This document shows, piece after piece, positions 23,026 through 35,614 of a DNA stretch of 64,000 nt (position 1 is the stretch's first letter; each line of letters begins with the position of its first letter). The notes below the pieces were generated by a model. The model saw nothing but the letters and a program-made list of their open reading frames with translations, was not told the origin of the DNA and searched no databases. Source of the stretch: Felis catus (lineage: Eukaryota). The position numbers were made by a program, and so were the translations under genes. The stretch is taken from positions 134,976,001-135,040,000 of the forward strand of contig NC_058368.1 in NCBI RefSeq assembly GCF_018350175.1, written 5' to 3'.

Positions 23026-24789
23026 ACCTGTTAAACCTATACTCATAATACCCATTAGCACATATGTGCTAACACTGCAATAAGTAATTTGCTTACATAA
23101 TCCCAGGTGTCTTGAGTTTTGATATAGACTTCATTTTACAGCTGATCCTTACAGAAGTTTAGTGAGTCACCTTTCTTCTCCTAGAGTAAAATAGATTGAC
23201 TTATTGAATTACAACTACAGGAAATGTTAGTTCAAGCTCCTTAGCCACAAGCTTTAGATTTTCTACTATTTCACTTATGTACTTTCCCATTTGACCTCCA
23301 ATTAAGCAGACCAAAAATAAATATATATATATATATCTATATATATATGAAGCTTCAAAAACTTGTATAAATCTTTCTTGTTTTTGCTTCAAAGGTAACC
23401 TTAGAACATTGAAAGGAAAAAACAAAGTCAAGTTACACAGAAGGGCTGACTTATCAGGGGAGGTTTTGCCCATCTCCTGACAGACTTTGATTAAGTACAC
23501 TGGAAGCCATGTGCCCTCTCAAGAATGCAGCCTGTTCTTGGTTGCCTGAACATCCCTGAAGGGTACTCTGTAGATCACTCCTTAGAGGGCCTTGGAGAAT
23601 ACAAATTACTCACTTGGAAATTTATGGGATGATACGTCTTGAGAATGTCTTTGAAGGTACCCAAATGAACATTCTGTTTTCCTGACTACAAAACTCAGTA
23701 CCAAATCACAGGCCAAATTCTGTTTATTCTCCTTGTCTTTGTCCACCAAGCATCCCCTCCTCAATGAACAGACATAAATCAGCCTCCCAGTGCCAGAGTC
23801 TAACAACTTCATGAGGGATTGAAAAAAAAAACCAGTGTCCTTTCATGTTGGCTCTGCAATGTATAACCTGTAAGACTCAAGATCTCCTCCAGCAAAAGAG
23901 ACAGGTTAGGCATTCCAGTGGCTGGCTGAAGGTTATGTTATGTAAGGATGAAATAAGCTGAGAGAGAACAGAATGTTGCTCAGTAATCACATCCGTACTC
24001 AGAAGGGCAAGTACAAATTCATCAACTAAAATCAGCAATAATTAAATATTTCTACTCGATACCCAAAGGAAAAAAGATGTATTCCATTGTTTTCTCACAT
24101 CCATTCTGCCTCTGGTTCTCACTTTGCTTCCTGTTATAGTTTCTGAGTATTTTATCTACTCTATCAACCCCTTCCTTCTTCCAAGGACTCCGTGTGTGTG
24201 CGTGTATGTGTGTGGGTGTGTGCGCATGCGTGCGCATCTGGGTATACACACATGGAGCAATGGGCTTTAGGGACAAGGGAGGCAGGAATGGATGGACCCA
24301 GAGAATAAGGGGGAGGAACTCGCGTAAGTCTAAGAACAGTAAAAGCCATATGATATAACAATATACCCAATTGAATAACAAATTCAATTTATGAAACTTA
24401 GGAAGGACTCAGTTATGATGCGCCACGTTAAATTTGATTGTCACAAATTTTCAAAAGAACCGTCCTTACATCTCACTTCCTACTGTGACAGTTCTAAGTC
24501 AATTAATTAACTAAGAGCTCTCTAGGATTGGCCCTCTGCCAGCTAATCCACCCTACCATCTCTACTTTTTCAGTATTGAATATAAATTTATATTCTTCAC
24601 CTATTGTGCCATATCAGACTAACCTTGTGGCATTTCACTAACACTCATTAAGGTAAGAGTGTGTCAGCCTCCTACGATAACTGAGTGCTTCAACTGAGGG
24701 TTCCACTGTGGTGCTCGTGACGAATAGGGAAAGGGCAAGTGACCCTGGAAATTCAGAGGAGAGATGGTACTGGAATGTGGAGAAAGGCA

Positions 24790-25130
24790 AATACCAGAAA
24801 TTAGCCTCCTGCTTTTATATCTTGTTAACTTGTTGTATGGTGTCTTGCTAAAGGAAAAAATTCTCACAATTGTTAGTGGTAACAAATATTTTATTATTTT
24901 ATTTAATTATAAAAAGTATGTATTTAATTATAATATGTTTATATATTGTTTTAATACTATCCTAAAATCCAAAGAAATGCATTATTGAATTTTATTTTTA
25001 CAAAATTGTATTTATACATTTTTTATAATTTAATGAAATGGAAGATTTTGGTTTTGCTGAAACTAAATCATCCATGTTGGATCTATTAATACAAGGATGC
25101 AAGTGCATGCTTAAACTCATTTTTTTTTAT
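24790..25130 (-). mobile_element. Possible Charlie-type hAT transposase C-terminal remnant, host of the L1 (may continue at ~28178-28222 and beyond)
   Basis: Minus strand reads ...SNMDDLVSAK...PFH* followed by an AT-rich tail; weak. Confidence 0.3.
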
Positions 25131-25393
25131 TTGAATCTTTTACTTTTTAAGTCTTCATTTAAATTCTGGTTAGTTAACATATAGTGTGATATTGGTTTCA
25201 GGAGAATTCAATGATTCATTACTTACATGTAACACCCAGTGATCTTCCTAACAAGTGCCCTCCTTAATGCCCTGCACCCCTTTAGCCCATCCCCCACCCA
25301 CTTCCCTCCATCAACCCTCAGTTTGTTCTCTATAATCTCTTAGGGTTTACCTCTTTTTTTTTTCCCTTCCCTTATGTTCATCCATTTTGTTTC

Positions 25394-25532
25394 CTAAATT
25401 TCACATGGGTGAAATAATATGGTATTTGTCTTTCTCTGACTTATTTCACTTAGCCTAATATACTCTAGCTCCTTCCGTGTCAGTACAAATGGCAACATTT
25501 CCTTCTTTTTGATGGGTAATATAGTAATATTC

Positions 25533-25578
<46 letters not shown>

Positions 25579-26276
25579 ATACACACACACACACACACAC
25601 ACACCACATCTTCTTTATCCATTTATCAATCGACATTTGGGCTCTTTCCATAATTTGGCTATTGTTTATAATGTTGCTATCAACATCAGGGGGTATGTAT
25701 CTCTTCAAACGAGTGTTTTTGCAACCCTTCAGGTAAATAGCTAGTAGTGCAATTGCTGAGTTGTAAAATAGTTCTGTGTTTAACTTTTTGGGGGAACCAC
25801 CGTATTGTGCAGAGTGACTGCACCAGTTTGCATTCCCACCAACAGTGTAAGAGGGCTCCCCTTTCTCCACATCCATGCCAACATTTGTTGCTTCCTGTGT
25901 TAATTTTAGCCATTCTGACAGGTGTGAGGTGGTAACTGATTGTTTTGATTTGCATTTCCCTGATGAGAAGTGATGTTGAGCATCTTTTCATCTGTCTGTT
26001 AGCCATCTGGATGTCTTCTTTGGAGAAATGTCTGTTCATGTCTTCTACTGATTTCTTCACTGGATGATTTGTGTTTTGGGTGTTGAGTTTGATATATTCT
26101 TTATAGATTCTGGACACTAACCCTTGATCTGACATGTCACTGGCAAATATCTTCTCCCATTCCGCCAGTTGCCTTTTAGTTTTGTTGATTGCTTCCTTTG
26201 CTGTGCAGAAGCTTTTTGTCTTGATGAGGTCCCAATAGTTCAATTTTGCTTTTGTTTCCCTTGCCTCTGGAGACAT
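25394..26276 (-). pseudogene. Disrupted L1 ORF2p C-terminal coding remnant
   Basis: [20 protein letters not shown]...EWEKIFA...[13 protein letters not shown]...[11 protein letters not shown]...[22 protein letters not shown]; frameshifted. Confidence 0.9.
25535..25604. repeat. Compound inverted microsatellite (GT)21-ACAT-(AC)12
   Basis: Direct reading. Confidence 0.95.
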
Positions 26277-26390
26277 GCCTAGTAAGAAGTTCCTGTGGCC
26301 AAGGTCAAAAAGTTTGCTTCCTATGTTCTCCTATATGACTGTTACGGAAAAGCTCTCAGTTTTTCCGATTGGATGATATTAACTATGGGG

Positions 26391-26603
26391 TTTTTTTAAT
26401 GTTTATTTTTTATTTTTGAGAGAGAGAGAGACAGAGTGCGAGCAGGGGAAGGGCAGAGAGAGAGGAAAACACAGAATCCGAAGCAGGCTCCAGGCTCTGA
26501 GCTGCCAGCACAGAGCCTGAAGCGGGGCTCAAACCCACGAACTGTAAGATCACAACCTGAGCCAAAGTCAGACATTTAACTGTCTGAGCCACCCAGTTGC
26601 CCC
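26391..26603 (-). mobile_element. CanSINE within L1
   Basis: Diverged TSD ttaactatggggtttt / ttaactgtgagtattt. Confidence 0.93.
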
Positions 26604-27683
26604 TTAACTGTGAGTATTTCATACATGCCCTTTATGGTGTTGAGGTATGCACTGTCTATCCCTGCTTTGTTGAGGTTTTTATCAAGAATGGATGCTGTAT
26701 GTGGACAAAGGCTGTTTCTGCATGTATTGAGAGGGTCATACAGTTATTATTCTTTATGAATGTTGTTTATCACATTGATTGATTTATGAATATTGAACCA
26801 CCCTTGCAGTCAAGGAATAAATCTCACTTGATCGTGGTGAATAATTCTTTTAATGTGCGGTTGTTGTATTCATTCTGCTAGTATCTTGTTAAGAATTTTT
26901 GCATCCATGTTCATCAGGGATATTCTCCAGAATAGATCACATACTGGGTCACAAATAAGGCCTCAACAGGTACAAAAAGACTGAGATCATACCACACCTA
27001 TTTTCAGACCACAATGCTATGAAACTTGAAGTCAACCACAAGAAAAAAATTTAGACCATGAATACATAGATGTTAAAAAGCATCCTACTGAAGAATGAAT
27101 GAATGAGCCAGGAAATTAAAGAATAAAAAAAAATACATAGAAGTGAAAATGCAACAGCTTAAAACTTTTGTGATGCAGCAAAAGCTGTCATTATAGGGAA
27201 GTACAGAGAAATACAGGTCTACCTCAAGAAGCAAGAAAAGTCTTGAACACAACTGAACCTTACCCCTAAAGGAGCTAGAAAATGAACAGCAAATAAAGAC
27301 TAAAGCCAGCAGAAGAAGACAATAATAAAGATTAGAGCAGAAATAAATGATACAGAAACAACAACAAAAAATAGTAGAAAAGAGCAATGAAACTAGGAGC
27401 TGGTTCTTTGGAAGAATAAAATTAACAAACCCCTAGCCAGACTCATCAAAAATAAAAAAGAAAGGAATCAAATAAAATCGCAAATGAAAGAAGAGAGATC
27501 GTAATCAACATTGCAGACATACAAATAATTATAAGAGAATATTATGAAAATTATAAGCTGATAAATTGGGCAACCTAGAAAGACGATGGATAGATTCCTA
27601 GAAACATATAAATTACCAAAACTGAAACAGGAACAAACAGAAAATCTGAACAGACTCATGGCCAGTAATGAAATTGAATCAGT

Positions 27684-27815
27684 GGAGTGCCTGGATAGCT
27701 CAGTTGGTTAAGCGTCCAACTTCAGCTCAGGTCATGATCTTGCAGTTCATGGGATTGAACCCCACGTAGGGCTCTGTGCTGACAGCTTAGAGCCTGGAGC
27801 CCGCTTCTGATTCTG

Positions 27816-27853
<38 letters not shown>

Positions 27854-27922
27854 CCTTCCGCACTCACACTCTTTTTGTCTCTTTTTCAAAAATAAATAAA
27901 CATTAATAAAAAAAAAAAGAAA
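27684..27922 (+). mobile_element. CanSINE within the inverted L1 segment
   Basis: TSD gaaattgaatcagt at 27670-27683 and 27923-27936. Confidence 0.95.
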
Positions 27923-28222
27923 GAAATTGAATCAGTCACCAAACATCTCCCAAAAAATTCAAGTTCAGGGCCAGATGAATTTCCGGGGGGGGGGGGGGAA
28001 TTCTACCATTTAAAGAGTTAATACCTATTATTCTCAAACTGTTCCAAAAAATAGAAATGGAAAGAAAACTTCTAAAGTCATTCAACAAGCCAGCATTACT
28101 TTGATTCCAAAACCAGACAAAAACCCCACTAAAAAAGAGAATTACAGGCAATATCTCTGACTTAAATCTTTCACTTTCGAAAGCTATCAAGTCGTTATTT
28201 TTATTTTTGTTAAACAATTTAA

Positions 28223-28428
28223 CAAATGTTTATTTATTGGAAGGGGGAGAGAGAGAGAGAGAGAACACATGAGTGGGGGAAGGGGTGGGAGAGAGAGAGA
28301 ATCCCAAGCAAGCTCTGCGCTCAGCATGGAACCCAAAGCAGGGCTTGATCTCATGAAGCGTGAGATCATGCCCTGAGCCCAAATCAAGAGGCAGACGCTT
28401 AACAAACTGAGCCACACAGGAGCCACCC
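28223..28428 (-). mobile_element. Older CanSINE
   Basis: Antisense head and body; flanking aatttaa repeats. Confidence 0.9.
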
Positions 28429-28520
28429 AAAATTTAATTTTCAGTCATCAATTTATTAGGTCGATGAGCCATTTAAAACTGTGTACCCAAAACCAATACT
28501 GGGGAGAAATATTAAATTTC

Positions 28521-28706
28521 TTTTTTCTTTTTCTTTTTAGAGAGAGAACGCATAAGCAGGGGAGAGGGGCAGAGGAAGAGAGAATCTTAAGCAGGTTCCA
28601 TGCTCAGTACAGAGCCTGATGTGTGGCTCGATCCCACGACGCTGGGATCATGACCTAAGCTGAACTTAAGAGTCAGACACAATGGAATGGGCCAGCCTGA
28701 TACCCC
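28521..28706 (-). mobile_element. Older CanSINE
   Basis: TSD taaatttc at 28513-28520 and 28707-28714. Confidence 0.88.
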
Positions 28707-31700
28707 TAAATTTCATTTAATTAAAAAGATTTGCATGCATTTTTATAACTCCCCATTCTGCCTATGAACTGCTCCATGGGCATGAATACAAAGATGGGCA
28801 CCCACTGCCAGGCTTGTTAGCAGAATAATCATGGTGTGGACGGCTGTGACTCGGGCCTTGTTGACCTAGGCTTGTCTTGGCTGCCATTTGCTCAGAGTAT
28901 TCAATTTTGGCAAACACAAATGCAACTTCAGACATGGAAACTGACTAGCAGCACTCAATTACAAAGTAATTGTTCAACATCCAGAATTGTTTACAGTAAC
29001 GTGGGTGAACACACAGAGCAACAATTTTCATAGAAATCCTATAGCTCAGAGAACACATCCATGTTTGCAAAACAACTTCCTAGTTTATTGTTTTGCCTGG
29101 GACTACCTGGCCTTGCTAAAAATCTGCTATTTAAACACTGGTAATAAGTTTTTGAAATTTAGAAATGTAATACAGAGAACTCACTCATCCAGTGTGACTG
29201 AGGAAGGAGGAGTTACATAAAGGCAGCTGCTAACTGAAGTTAAAAAGATTTTCTTGTTCAAAAGGGCGCCTGATTTCGATTTACTTTTCTGCCTTAGATA
29301 ACACAAAACTAAAAAGTTCAAAATGTAGCTACTGTAAGAAACAATAATTCAAATGCTTTGCATCTGCGAACCAACATCCAAAGACTATTTTCAAGTTCAT
29401 ATATCTCTGATCAAGACAAAGCCTGCTCCCTCGTGGAATTTTAGCATCTCTTGAGGGGAAAAATCCTTTGTTTCATAGAGAAATAAGAAAATCACAAAAC
29501 TAAGCAAAAATATTTTATGTCCCCTTTAAAAAGTTAACTTAAAAATCCAAAAGACTGGTTTCAGTCCTGTTAGATGGAGATTGTCATGGGATGGGTGTTT
29601 GCCCACCAGGGCAATAAAAATTCTGTGTTAAGCACCTTATTTCACCTGGTGCTCCATTTATTCTCCCACAAATGTCTAGCCTATGCAAGTACCCCATAAA
29701 CATACACACCGTCCCCCCATCTTGCTGTAGCTTAAGTGTCATCGTCTCCCCCAGTACTCTACTTCTCTGTAACAAAATATGTAGACGTGATAGCCACGGG
29801 GTATTGTTTCCTGGCACTAAGTTGAAATAATTCTGGCAACCGTGACCCCAGAGAGATTTCAGAGATTTCACCATCTGAGTGGCTGGCCGAGTTGCCTAAG
29901 AGCAAAGACCAACACAATAGCTCAGAGGATTACTGCAATATTGGGGAAAACATTCCAGAACAAGTCACCGGTATTTACAGTAATAGCTTAAAAATGTTTC
30001 CAATATGTAACTGTGTCTACTTGACTTAAAGAAGAACTCTATTATGGAAGTATTGACCTATATAACTTGGCGTGTTTGTATATGTATCAGGATAGGTAAG
30101 GATGTGCACTCCAAGAACAAATCATTTGGTTTACTTTGTAGAAACACGCATTTTTCTTTTTACCAAAATCTGTTTTGAGAAGAGATTCTTGCGCCAGGGG
30201 CTGCTAGTTGCTCTCTACTCTGTGTTCTCACCTTCTTTTTTGAGCAATGCGATTTTTAACAGGCACATGGCTGCCCTAATAGACGCCCTGTTACCCAGCC
30301 TCCCTTGCAGCTGAGCATGGTCCTGTGAGGAAGGTCTGGTCAGTGAGAAGTAAACAAAAATGCCAGAGAGCAGCTCGCGGAACCTTGCGAGACGGTCGGC
30401 GCACACATGCCCTTTGCCTTTTTTTCTCACCCCTTCACCCCTCCTGCTGCCTGGGAACAGATGCCACCTTGGAGCATGAACACGAGGTCACGCTGCACAG
30501 GAAACAGCCCGGTGAGCTGTTTTCTAAGGATTTCCTGGAGCAGAGCCACCCTACCAGCCCCACACTGTTTTATTCTACCCTTTTCCATGAGAGAAATTCA
30601 TGCAGGTCTCTTGAGCTCTTTTGAGTTTCTGTAACTTGGGCGAGCAACTTTTCTGTTGCTCGTACACACACCTAAAGTTATAGGATGTGACTTGGTATGA
30701 AGCAGACTGCTAAGTTCCCATCTGACAGACCAGAAAGATATAGAAAGACACACAAGGAGGCACTAAATCTACTAGGAACAATAAAGAATTTTGAACAGGT
30801 GCCTGTTAAGGCGAGGGTGACCATTTAGATGGAAAATAGAGAGAGGATCTGCCTCAAGTCCACACAGGATAGGACGAGGGTGGATCAAATGTCCAGAGCT
30901 GTTTGAAAAGCCTGGTGGGCTAAAAGGAGGTAATCCAGGCCCACCCATGGCCTTGTGGTAATAAGCTCAGAGGCTGGAAGGGAAGCCTGGCTGGAAGGGA
31001 CTTTGAGAAGATATGTGGGTCAGGCTTACACCAGCCCAGCTCCCGCTCCTTGAAGCTGGCGCTGCTTGCTCTAACCTTTGACCCCCTGCACAGCCCCACA
31101 TGGAGGAAAGGACTGGGCAACTGCACTCTTGTTCCTCTAATGCCCCCACTGCAAAAATAACCCCCAGCTGCTCCAGTAGTGCTGGAGGGCATGGGGACCA
31201 GCCCGACTTTACACTTCACACTGGAGTGCTGAGAGCAAAGGGCAACCCACTCAAGCGAGCATCGGATGCCTGAAGCTTCCCCTTCCTTCTCCGAGTGTGG
31301 CAGCTGCAGCCAGAAGGAGACCCAGATCACGCTTGCAGTCCCAAATACTTGGTAAGCACACAGGAATTACAGCAGAGGAGGTAGCCATTCCTGGGTGCCC
31401 AGGCTCCCCTCGAGAGGGAATGCAAAGTCAGGGACAGAGAGCTGCTAAAAAAAAAAAAAAAAAAGTCCACGGAAAGCCCCCACCTGTGGGGAAGTCAGAG
31501 GGAAACTGAACAGGCTCCTGTCTGCCCCAGCGTCAACCCCAGGAAGGGACAGCTGCTGTGACCTGGACATGATACCAAGGAAACAAGCCAGAACAAAAGT
31601 TGCAGGAACTGGAGCCCAGCAATGTCCAATAGATGTGAAAGGCACGGGGTCCCTCTTTAAGAATGGGGCGGGGGCAGGAGAGACGAGGGAATTGCCCAGA

Positions 31701-31722
31701 TAAGCCAGGAAAGATGCTGCTG

Positions 31723-31960
31723 TTTTTCAGTTTACTTATTTATTTTGAGAGAGAGCATGAGTGGGGCGGGGGGAGGGACGGAAGGAGCGGGGAGGAGAGG
31801 GAGAGAATGAGACAGAAGGAGAGAGAGAATCCCAAGCAGGCTGTGCACCATCACCACAGAGCCCAACGCAGGGCTTGATCCTACCAACTGAGAGATCATG
31901 ACCTGAGCAGAAACCAAGAGTCAGATGCTTAACCAACTGACTGAGCCGCCCAGGTGCCCC
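31723..31960 (-). mobile_element. Older CanSINE
   Basis: Diverged TSD beginning aagatgc at 31711 and 31961. Confidence 0.9.
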
Positions 31961-32013
31961 AAGATGCAGGTTTTTAAGTTCCACACTATTTCAAGGTAAA
32001 GGAGTTCATTTTT

Positions 32014-32232
32014 CTTTTAATTTTTTTTTCAACGTTTATTTATTTTTGGGACAGAGAGAGACAGAGCATGAACGGGGGAGGGGCAGAGAGAGAGGGAGAC
32101 ACAGAATCGGAAACAGGCTCCAGGCTCTGAGCCATCAGCCCAGAGCCCGACGCGGGGCTCGAACTCACGGACCGCGAGATCGTGACCTGGCTGAAGTCTG
32201 ACGCTTAACCGACTGCGCCACCCAGGCGCCCC
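32014..32232 (-). mobile_element. Young feline CanSINE (SINEC_Fc type)
   Basis: Perfect TSD aaggagttcattttt at 31999-32013 and 32233-32247. Confidence 0.97.
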
Positions 32233-33247
32233 AAGGAGTTCATTTTTAACAGTTGGTTCAAGACCCTGCTTCATCACTTTCTTAATAGAGCTCAGACATA
32301 ATCCTCTCTGAAGGGAAGACACACTTCTGGGCTCCAGGGCCTCCTTTGAATATGGAGACTTCCCCTCTTGTATGTAGCTTTCTAGACACTCAGGCTAAGA
32401 AGGTAAATACCTCCTACAGAGACAGCCCTTTCCATTTCTCAACCTGACGGTCTCCCATTAATTTGTACGTCGCTTCTGTGAAAGTGACCAGCGTCTCTCT
32501 CTGCCTGGTAGGCAGAATAGTAACTAGAACAAGCAGACGGAAGTGCAAGGGCACCCAGCAAAGTATTGGCAAAGTGCCCGACTCAGGATGCCTGTGTCAG
32601 CTTGATAAGTCCTCCAAAGCACCATACTATCGTTGCAGAGTGAGAACTGCAGGGTGGGGAGAGAGGTAGGGACGATGCTGATGATGCAAAATGCTGGTAA
32701 CCTTGACTCACCCAGTTTTTAGATTCATCAGTTTGAATATCAAGAGACTTGCTTTTCTTCTGTCTCTCTCCCCCTCTTTCCCTTTGGTCAGCTTTTGGAG
32801 CTTTTAAGCACCACACCACCTGAAAGCATGCTCTTAGATTCTCTCCAACCCACAGACTGACAAGATCCTGGAGTATTAGATCATTTCCTACTGAAATAAT
32901 ATATCTGCTCACTCTCCACCCCAAACGGCACACTCTCAAATTTTCTGAAATGAAATCAGCAAATATTTATTGAGTACCTCTCCTCGGTATCCTGAGTGTA
33001 ATCATGAGATCAGGAAGATACAATGGCTATCTTCGAGGAGCTCATGTTCTATCTGGGGAGGACACACACACACACAAAGTAACTGTTCAAAGACAACAAT
33101 TGAGAAGACACCATCAAGGTTTCATTTGTTATTTTTCCAAAAGCGTGGACAAAAACTGTTGTATTATTTAGATGAAGGAGGGACCTTCAGCCCAAGTTGC
33201 AAAGAAGGCTAAAGACTTCAGGAACCAAATAGGACTGTGATAGCATA

Positions 33248-33704
33248 TGGCATAGGTTAAATTGTGTCCCCCTCCCAAAATTCCTGTGTTGAAATCCTAA
33301 CCTGAGGCCCTCAGAATGTGCCCTTATTTGGAGACAAGGTCTTTAAAGAGGTAATTAAGTTAAGATGAGGTCATGAGTATGGGCCTGAATTTATCAGTAG
33401 GATTTGTATTCTTAAAAGAAAGGGAAATTTGTAGACAGAAGCTCAGAGAGAAAAGACAATATGAAGAGACACAAGATGCCCATCTGCAAGCCACAGAGAG
33501 TGCCCTCAAACAGACATGTCCCTCACAGCCTTCAGAAGGAAGCAACACTGCTCCCACCTCGATTTTGGACTTCTAGCCTCCGGAGATGTGAGATGCTAGA
33601 TTGCTTTTTAAGCCACCGGGGCTGTAGAACTCTCTTATGGAAGACCGTTCTACACCCGGGCTGTAGAACTCTCTTATGGAAGTCTTTTCAAGTGAAAAGA
33701 ATAC
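33248..33704 (+). mobile_element. MLT1B-like MaLR solo LTR
   Basis: aattgtgtcccctcccaaaattcctgtgttgaaatcctaacc...ttatttggagacaaggtctttaaagaggtaattaagttaagatgaggtc. Confidence 0.88.
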
Positions 33705-34058
33705 CACTTGACACATGGGTCAGTTCTGAGTAAGCACAGGAGGATGAGGAAAGCCTTACATGTGAGTGAAACAGCAAAAACGAAGTAAGCCAATCAGAAC
33801 GCTAGGCATAATCTGAGACAAGCAATTTACCTAAAGCAAAATGTTCACGTAGGAGAGTGGCAGAACACAGCTGGTCAGGTTAAGGAGTCTTCAGGTCTGT
33901 GTTCCACACTAAGGAATTTGGAATGTATTCTAAAGGCAGAGGAGACGTTTGGTGGCATTTCATCGGGGGTCATGTCCTAATAGCCATGGTGTGTTAGCAG
34001 GTCGGAGAGCAAGAAGGATTAGAAAAAGAAGCCTAGAAGAGGGTTGCTCAGTTCTAAG

Positions 34059-34698
34059 AGTGGTTCCTAAGCTTGACTGCAAATTAGAATCACCTGGTGC
34101 AATTGCCTGACTGATGGACCCACCCCCGGATACCCGTGGCATCACTCTGGGAACTTGTCATGTACCTCGTGTGGCACAAAAGACTTTGCTGACTTGCTTG
34201 AGGATCTTGACCTGGGGAGATTATCCCAACTTGTCTGGGGGGTAGCGTCGGGGGCTAAATGTGATCACCAGTATCCCTGCGGGAGAAACGCGAGATGCAA
34301 CCTAGAACAAGAAGCAGGCGATGTGACATCTGAAGCAGGGGGAGAAAAGGCCACATGATGGGACCACTTAAGAAGCAACCGAACAGCTTCTAGAAGATGG
34401 AAAAGCCAAGGAAACAAATTATCCCCTAGTGCTTCCAGAGGGAGAGACAGTTTTAAGTTTGGCCCAGTGAGACTCATTTTAGACTTCTGGCATCCAGAAC
34501 TATAGGAAAATAAACTTGTGTTCTTTTAAGCCACTAAGTTGGCGGTAAGCTTGTTACAGCAGTCATAGAAAATGAATATACCTGGGGAAAATTTATGCAA
34601 GTTTGATATCTGGGCCTTTTTCCAGAGCCACTGAACCTGAGGGTGGTCCAGGCATTGCTAGCATCTCCCTGGTGGGCTGCTAAGTTGAGAGCCTCTGA
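34059..34698. mobile_element. MER5A split by an MLT1D LTR
   Basis: agtggttcctaagcttgactgcaaattagaatcacctgg | ggaaaatt...aagttgagagcctctg. Confidence 0.75.
34098..34580 (+). mobile_element. MLT1D-like solo LTR
   Basis: MLT1 body; perfect 5-bp TSD CCTGG at 34093-34097 and 34581-34585. Confidence 0.88.
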
Positions 34699-35155
34699 GG
34701 CAATAGGAGGCAGTATCCAAGACCTGGAGCAGGAACCATGCTGGAGCGAGGAAGAAAGAAATGCTCAAGATATTGTGAAGAACAAAACAGCTGGGATCTA
34801 ATAGGCTATGGAGCTACCACACGGAGGGAAAGAGGCAAGAATCAAAAACGGGTCAGCTTTAGAACCTATGTACACAGAGCACCCAGGCCTTTCCGAGGCT
34901 GGGGAAGAAGGGCAGGCAGGCTGTGACCGGGGTGGGCTTGTGCTCAGGTACTCATACAAATGTGCAGTGAGAACTGAGGAGAAAGCAGGGCTGGAGACAG
35001 GATTTGGCAATGATCAGCAGAGGTGGAAGTTGAAGGTTCAACAGAGACATTTCCAAGGGAGTTTTGAATAGAAGAAAAAAAATGGGAGTGTGGAAGAACA
35101 GAACCATGCCTCTCCCATACAATCGTCAAGAGTGGGAAGAGTGAGGAGACAGAAG

Positions 35156-35614
35156 TGTATTCATTAGGTTCTCTAGACCAGTAGAACTAATAGGATATAT
35201 ACACACACAGAAATATTTATTACAAAGCATTGGCTTACACAGTTATGGAGGCTGAGAAGTCCCCTGACCGGCTGTCTGCAAGCTGGAGGCCCCAGAAAGC
35301 GGGTGGTGTGCCTCCAGTCCAAACCCAAAGGCCCGAGCACCAGAGGAGCCCACGTCCAAGAGCAGAAGACCATGGAGATCCTGGCCCAAGCAGAGAGCAA
35401 ATTCACCCCTCCTCTCTCGTTTTTGTTCCACTCAGGCCCCCCAACAGATTGGGTGATGCCCGCCTGCATCAGTGACGGCTACCTTCTTTGCTCAGTTTTC
35501 GGATTCAAACGCTCCCCTCTTCCAGAAATATCCTCCCAGGCACACCTCGAAATAATGGTTTACTGGGTATCTAGGCATCTCTTAGTCAAGTTGTACACAA
35601 AATTAGCCATCACT
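35156..35614 (-). mobile_element. MLT2 (C/D-like) ERVL solo LTR
   Basis: Typical MLT2 body; perfect 5-bp TSD AGAAG at 35151-35155 and 35615-35619. Confidence 0.9.

Larger units (their letters stand above)
25147..28160 (-). mobile_element. Carnivore L1 with 5' inversion (twin priming), internal deletion and two nested SINEs
   Basis: Minus-sense 3' UTR/ORF2 at 25147-26924; plus-sense ORF2 at 26922-28160 (FSRIDHILGHK...FSDHNAMKLEVN to ENYR-ISL). Confidence 0.93.

Noticed and set aside
33614..33682. 30-bp direct repeats with a spacer as a CRISPR-like array
   Set aside because: Only two units, a 9-nt linker, inside a mammalian LTR, and no cas genes.
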